Source: the human T2T-CHM13v2.0 reference genome, Homo sapiens
Assembly: GCF_009914755.1 (NCBI RefSeq)
Contig: NC_060927.1
Direction: 5' to 3' (one strand)
DNA: 64,000 bases
The position numbers were made by a program, and so were the translations under genes. Below the pieces are notes generated by a model that was given only the letters and a program-made list of their open reading frames with translations, did no database searches and was not told where the DNA came from. Below, piece after piece: positions 56,548-64,000 of the stretch; within the stretch, counting starts at the first letter, position 1, and each line of letters opens with the position of its first letter.

Positions 56548-56982
56548 TAGTGGCCAGCCTTTCATACCAGAAATCAACACTAATAATCTTGTTAAAAGCA
56601 ATAAGGACCCGGAATTTTAAAATGAGTTATGAAAATATAGTACATGTAATTTATTGTAATTTTTATTTAATAATACAATACAAACCATTGGTAATATTTA
56701 CTTATCTGTAATTTTTTAAAAGTTGGTTTTCCTCTTCCAGGTATTATATTCTAGGGTCACTTTCCCTTTCCTATATGAAGGTAAGTGTTTGAGAAATACA
56801 AAACGTCTTTCATCCAGTCTAAGCAAAATTCAGAAGATAAATTAGCCACCAAAAGAAATGAATTCATTCTAAAGGAAAATAAATTTTATTTCCAATTATC
56901 CAGTCTGTTCATATTTCCATTAGAGTTGACTATACTTGCTTACATAATCTTGCATTTATCTTTCCAACCTCAAGACTTTTGT

Positions 56983-57344
56983 AGGCCTGGCAAGGTGACT
57001 CACACCTGTAATCCCACACTTTGCAAGGCTGAGGCAGAAGAATCTCTTGAGGCCAGTAGTTCAAGACCAGCCTGGACAACATAGTGAGACCTCGTCTCTA
57101 CAAAAAAAAAAAAAAAAAATTAGCCAGACCTGGTGGCACATGCCAACAACTACTAAGTACTATTCCAGACTCCCCAAGTAGGACTCCAAGTAGTACTTAG
57201 GAGTCCCAAGTAGTCTCAGCTACTTGAGAGCCTGAGGCAGGAGGATCACTAGAACCCAGGAGTTCAAAGTTGCATTGAACTATGATCATGCCACTGCACT
57301 CCAGCCTGGGTGACAGAGCAAGACTCCATCTCAGAAAAAAAAAA
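56983..57344 (+). mobile_element. AluJ-type element with ~65-bp internal insertion
   Basis: Two arms and poly-A; non-Alu insert at about 57145-57209. Confidence 0.93.
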
Positions 57345-58326
57345 GAAGTTTTGTATATGTAAAAGTGTGCTACCATCCACTTGATGGATTATTGTGCAGT
57401 CACAGAAACATAGGCTTAGGAAGTATTTATATTAAGAATTTATAAACATGAAACATGTTTATTTTATTTATGTTCAGGCAAAAAAGTAAGGTACAAAATT
57501 ACATATGCAACATGATTACAACTATGTAAAAGAAAAATAATAGAAGGTAATATATCAAAATGTTAACAGTGATCATGTTGGGTGACAGAGTTACGAGTGA
57601 TCTTTCTTCACTTTTCTCTGTATTTTCCAAATTTTGTATAGAACAAGTATATGTTATTTTCATAACATAAAACGCTTCATTCAAACTGAAATGTGTGAGT
57701 TTAGTCATATTTTCAAGTGATGTTTAAAAGCATTCTTCCATTTCACTGGAGTTATTTTACATCCAGGCATGAAAATTCAGTTTGTGCCAATAAGAAAGCT
57801 TATCCCCAGTTGGTAGGTGTGCTGGTAAGGATCATCTGGATACAAAGCAATTGTGTGTGGGAAGAAATAAAAAGAGAGGGAATGGTTAGAACAATCAGAT
57901 AACAGGAGTAATGGAAGAGTACTCTATTTAATATAGGGGTCCTATTGACTGATGTTAGTTTAGTCCCCACAGATCTTATCAATGATTTTTAATAATCATT
58001 ATTAGTAATTGGTTCGTAAGTTTTTTGTCTCCATATCCCACTAAATGAAAATGTTTTTCCACCCTATAACAACAATTTTAAAGAATGAGATTAAAAAATA
58101 AAACAAAAACATTGGTGATCAAACTATTTTGCTTTATTTTATTTTTTTCTGGCGGTAGTTATGAGAAAAGACCAACTGCAAAAATGAGAGTTACTAATTG
58201 TAACTCTCAGAAACTTAGTTTCTTTTTCCTTGTCAGTGAAATGAAGAGGACAATCCATGTTTTATAAGGTAGTCTAGAGAAGTGGCCCCCAAAATCAAGT
58301 ATGCTCAAGCTAGTGGGTGAAACACC

Positions 58327-58353
58327 ACACACACACACACACACACGTGTGTG
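58327..58353. repeat. (CA)n followed by short (GT)n
   Basis: cacacacacacacacacacacgtgtgtg. Confidence 0.9.
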
Positions 58354-61300
58354 TTATGCATTATAATTTTGTGTACACATATATTTATGTATCTACAACT
58401 CTGCTGACTTCAATGTTCCATGGAGTGATTGACCTGGGGCCATTGCTTGTTGCGTGTGTCAGATGACCGTGTGTTTCACACAGTCCAGGAAGGACAGTAA
58501 GGGAGGGAAGGCAGATCGCATCACAGGTGGCTGACGGGGCACCCTCATGTGTTAGGCTGCCTTCAGCACATTATAAGGCATTATGGTTTTCTTGTGTTCG
58601 GCTAAAAGGAATTGTGGATTATATTATTTGGTGTAACTAAAGTATCACTTACAAATTGAATGAGTGGCTTAAAAAGATCCCTATAGTAAAACCACATACA
58701 GAAATTCATAATAATAATGCAAATTCAAATGAACAAGGCAATGGCAAAGCCAGCATGTCTCCTAGTAAAATAGCCACACTAAGTTAAGGATAATGACAAT
58801 ATGTTTAAGCTTTGATATCATTAATAGCAAGCATAAAAACAAAGTGAACTTAGAGCTAGATCCTATTATAAACTGATTAGTCAGGATTTTCATAAAACAT
58901 GAAGCATACTCAATTGTTCTTGTTAAAATACTATTAGTTGTATTTTTGAAGGCGAAATATAAATAATTATAAGCAAAATATTCTAATTTATGTAAAATAA
59001 AATTTGTTTTATATTTATCAGATTCTTTTGAAATCCCTGTTTTTGTGCACATTTTATAATGTATATAATATAGTGGTAGTGTAGAAAATATATATAATAA
59101 ATCAATGGATATGCATATTTTGTGGATACATGGTCCAAATTGTGAAACTGTCGGGGTGTATGATCAAAGAAGTTTGGCAACCACTGGTTTCAAGGACCGG
59201 ATCTGAAAATATGTATAAAGTCCCAGGAATAGCACTTGTCACCAGTGGTTGTCAATCTAACGCACTAAGGAATTTCTACTGAGGTGACTGTCAGTGAGAA
59301 CTAAGAGATATTTTTAAATTCACTTCAGTTTATACCAAGTCTTTATGAACAACCTCATTCTTGGTAGGATATTTATATCACATCTGAGGGCACCAGAGGA
59401 GTAGCCAGTGATCCACGGGCTAACTCCACTTTTCACCAGTACAGAGAGAACGGAAGGAGGCATGGTAACTTGATGGACTTGAGGCTGGTTGATTTCTGAC
59501 TCATCCAGATAACTTATCCAGAGAAGTGACGATGATTTCATTTCTAGTAACGAAAGTGACAAGTGATATAAAATAAAAATATAATGTAACAATGCTTAGA
59601 TAAGCCCAATCCGTGTCTAACTCACAGAAATTTGGATTTTGGCAATGAAAGACTTTAAGTAAATATAGCGATCGGCTTATATATTTATATAGCAAATTTT
59701 TTTTCTCAGATGAATTAAAAATATCATTTATTGATCATACATCTTCTCAGGTCAAGTAATAAAAGTTTTTTAAAAAAAGCAATCATAGTTGTTTCGCCTT
59801 CCATTATTAGATGGTTTCAATACAGGATTAGAGAATTTAGCATAATTCTTCCCCAGCTTTGCCGCAGAGCCCCTGCATTCAAGGTATTGTTACACTGAGT
59901 GAGAAAGACTGTTGTGAGAAGGAGGGAGAAGGGGAAATTCACAGCTAGAGAATATTCAGGACCCACATTTCGACTCCTCAAGTGTTATCTCATTAAATGT
60001 TTTGTATCTGTTAGGCATTCATATTTGTAACCTGTTAAGTAAATTAGCAACCTTGCTTCTTTCTTCCCTATTCCCTCCTTATTTTCTTCTTCAACATAGG
60101 GACATTTAAAAGAAAATCAATAAATGAACAAACACAAAGAAAAATACTTGTTTGGAAAATAATTTTGACCCTAACTCTTATTCTTGAGGGATTAAATGAT
60201 ATAAGAGCGAGGGAAGAACTGGACAAATGTGTCTCTCATCTTTTCTCACTTTCCGCCTTTCTTGGACTCTCCTCTCCATCTACTGGAATGTTAAAGAGAG
60301 GAAGTTCTTTGGCCTATACATAGTTGGCTCATTCAAATTCCATATGCATTCAGCTGTGCAACTGGGAGAGGCCCTCTGTTTCCTTGGAGCGTTGGGGAAG
60401 CCAACATAATTTGATCAGTGAAATTATCGAAGGTGATATTTAAAACAAACAAAAAGCAGAAAGGCTGGGACCTAGAACAAAACAGTGGTTGAGAGATTTC
60501 AAGGAATTTCTTCTGACAGGTTTTTGAGGAATGTGTTTTCAAAAATCATAATTCACCCGTCGTTTCTAAACGGAGCACAGGGAAACAGCAACCCCTCTCA
60601 CCGTCCAAATGCCTGTGCTGCCGTGTGACTAAACACAGCCTCTGCCACTTTTCCAGTTCTGATTTTCTAGCTGTGTGAGAACATCCAGCCATTTAGGGGG
60701 TGTCACTCAGGCTTATCCTTTTAATCGGAGCCCTTAGAAGAAATGCCCGTTTGTTTTTGGAGACAGTTAATCTGACGGAAGTAAATTCAAGTTTTGGCAA
60801 AGATCTGTGGTAAGATAGAGTGAAAAGCTGCCAAACAGTATTATAAGAAGAAGAAGAAAAGGTACGACCTCCCCAAGTCAAATGCCAGCACACCTACACC
60901 AGTTTCAATCAAGCCGTAGAAAAATAAGATATTTTTAGATGTATTAAGCCTTAGTGCTTCTTTGCCCTGAGGGCTGTTTTATTGCCACAGAAAGAGCCTG
61001 TAATCACTTTTCCATGAGGTTTTTATAATTTAATATGAAATGAGCTTCTAGAAAAACTACACTTCAAAACAAATCTGAACAGTTATTCCTCCACCTCACC
61101 CCACTGACCACAGACGCCAACCATTTTCTCTCACTTTGCTTCATCTCAGAGCCCTTTCCCGCAGCTCTTCAGACAGCTGTCCAGTTCTGCAGGCTTCAGA
61201 TCAATGAATGCACCTCCTAGTTTGGGTTGCCTATGCCCATCATACTGGTTGAGTTATTGTTACACTGCTGAGCTGATGGCTAAACTGAGGCTCCAAAAGA

Positions 61301-62070
61301 ACTTTTGGCATCTTGGCAGCAGAGCTGAGCGTCAAACCAAAACCTCCATTGTCAGAGTTACCTGTGGATGGGATCTAGGTGATGCTCTGGCCTAATACCC
61401 CCCTCTTATAAACAAGGAGACTGGAATTCAGGGTGGCTGTGGTGGACCCAACATCATGCAAGTCGTTAAGTGTTAAGTAGAGAGTATGGGTTAGAGCCTG
61501 GGTTTAGCCCATGGGTTTTTCCGTTTCACCTCTCTGGACTTTTTATTCATACCAGAAAAATAGGAGTGCTCGTTCAAGGAATATAAAGTGCTTCTTTTTC
61601 CTTCTTCTGCCTCTTCATCCACGGACAGGTCACAGGAGTCCTTCTCATGCCACACTGTGGTTTGTGAGTTTTCATTCCCTGGAGTGCCAAAGAGAATGCT
61701 GCCATGAGCATCCCTTTACCGAATTCACTCTGGTCATGGGGCAGAGGGGAGGGAGAGGGCAAGGAAGTTCCAAATAACACTCCCTGCAGCAAAGGAGGAG
61801 GAGTGGGGAGGATAGGCGATTGGATTCCTTTAATCCCATGTTACAACTGAAGTCACCAAATGGAGTCAAATATGCTCACAACAGCAATCCCTGTTTGCCA
61901 GGAACTATAATTTGAGCCATATGAAACTACCCACATTCAACCATTTTTGACCTACAAAAACAACGAGTGCATATAATTCGACCTAAATGGTATTAAGCAG
62001 CCAACTACATGCCAGGAACTCTGTCAAATGTCCATCAGTAACTCAATCGTTCAAATCACCAGTGAGTTCA

Positions 62071-62375
<305 letters not shown>

Positions 62376-62947
62376 AAATCACCAGTGAGTTCGATGTTTT
62401 GGTTCTTCCTGAGCAGATGAGGCCACAATGACTCAGCAAGGCAATGAGATTTACCTAAATCGTAGGGCTGGGAAGGGAGCATGGCAGGATTTGGCCAATT
62501 TGGGCTCACTCATTCCTTGTTCCCTCATGTTTTCCCCAGTAGAGGAAAAGAATGTTCCTGCTGCTCACTCCCCACTTCCTCTCCATCTCACCTCCCCTCA
62601 GCCTTTCCTGCTCTGGGCACCAGGTACTGATGGTGAATGGTGTTCTGGGATGGAGCCCATGACCCTTACCTCCATAACCCTGCACCATCTATCAAGCCTT
62701 CATTGGGAGGTCCCCCTCCCCATTCTCCCATTGCTCTCTTGGGTTTATCCATTCAGCCCTCTGATCCCAGGTCTGGCTCTACCTGAGAAGTTCCCTGCTA
62801 CAGAGTTATTCTCCTAAGCCCTAGCCATCCACTCCTCCCCCTCCACCTGCTGGCTCCCAAATAAAGATAGCCTGGGTCTATGCTGAGGACTGGGCTTCAC
62901 AGACCCTGCTAGCCAAGTTCCTGGCCACAGGACAGCATAGCCTGGCC

Positions 62948-63425
62948 CAGGAATCCTTAACCAAGGGTTACTAAAGAGAATTTGAAAGTTAGGTAGCTTT
63001 TAAACTTGAATAGAAATGACATTCTAATTTTCATGAACTTTTCACTGAAATTTGGCATTTTCTTCCATTTTGAATGGAAAAAAACAGTAGAATTCACATA
63101 CCTATAACTCTGTCATCAACAGAAGTCACAGATATTTTCACTTCCAATTCCAGTTATTGCTGAAATAGTGTTACATTCATCACAACTTCCAAATCATGAC
63201 CTACCACCAGCTGTTATTATTTTATTTATCAGCAAAGAAGCACATCTATTATAATAACAAAAATTTGCTTTTTAATATTTGGTCATTAAATTTTAATACA
63301 TTTGGGCTTTTTTCAGCCTATATATTTTATTTTATACATTTAAAAGCATTTTTCTGAGAAGGGATCCATGGGCTTTGTCAGATAGCCAAAGGGGTCTGTG
63401 GCACTCAAATAGTTAAAATCCCCTG
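62948..63425. mobile_element. Degenerate hAT-Charlie-type non-autonomous DNA transposon
   Basis: Imperfect terminal inverted repeats 'caggaatccttaac' and 'gttaaaatcccctg' around an AT-rich interior. Confidence 0.6.
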
Positions 63426-63439
63426 GTCCACAGGCTAAA

Positions 63440-63615
63440 GGGCAGTCAGTTAGGGTTGCATCTGAATCCTGCCCTCACCAGCTGAGTGGCCCAGGAAGTA
63501 GCTGCTGAGCGTCTACACCTCACAGATCTGTTGTGAGGCTCAAATGAGATGACACCTGCAACATACAGAGCACAGTGCCTAGCAGAGCCAGGCTCCCAGA
63601 TGCTAACCCTTCTTA
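63440..63615 (+). mobile_element. MIR
   Basis: 'tctgaatcctgccctcaccagctgagtg..ctacacctcacagatctgttgtgaggctcaaatgagat..gcacagtgcctagc'. Confidence 0.75.
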
Positions 63616-64000
63616 TTGGTGGGCCATCCCGCCCTGTGGTGTCACTGACCTTACACAGTGCTCTATCATTCAGAGTTGGATCAGAGGCAGTTGGTGACTT
63701 CAAATTCACTCTTGGTACCCAGTGCTCTTAAGATCCTTCCAGGTACCCACAGATTGTCATGGAATGTTGCCCTCTCAGAAGCAAGGAGTTCACCATTTCC
63801 CCCCATCCAAGCCACTTGTCATCAATAAGCAATCCCTGCCCGATTTCCATGGGGCCATTTCTCTATCCAAAGAGGGAGTTTTTACCAGTGGACTTGGAGT
63901 CAGACTTTAGTTCTACCAGCAGTCACATCCTGTCCTGGAATAGTCACTAGTCTTGGTGAGTCCCTTCACCTCTCCACACCGCCATGGAAGCAGCCAGGAA

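Overview
This is AT-rich primate genomic DNA, very probably human, judged from AluY/S/J, L1PA, MSTA/MLT1, MIR, L2 and MER45A repeats. It looks like a long intron or intergenic/lncRNA region. I recognise no intact host protein-coding gene, tRNA, rRNA or CRISPR array, and I cannot name the locus. Nearly all ORFs in the track are repeat-derived or chance. The largest feature is a full-length, dead, minus-strand L1PA7-like element (~8972-15843) with a perfect recent 130-bp tandem duplication and a captured ~265-bp L1 fragment. There is also a 5'-inverted (twin-primed) L1, two short L1 3' stubs, about 10 Alus and three MaLR solo LTRs. The most interesting unique-sequence signals are a nested inverted-repeat structure at 23.9-24.2 kb, a dense GATA-site cluster at 39.4-39.7 kb, and several candidate small exons: a 5-nt microexon/recursive-type site at 21063-21067 (-), a 201-nt open exon at 44536-44736 (-), and a 40-nt exon between inverted Alus at 56741-56780 (+). 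I see no evidence for a new multi-gene system. Repeat subfamilies are called from recalled consensus sequences, and old-repeat boundaries are approximate.
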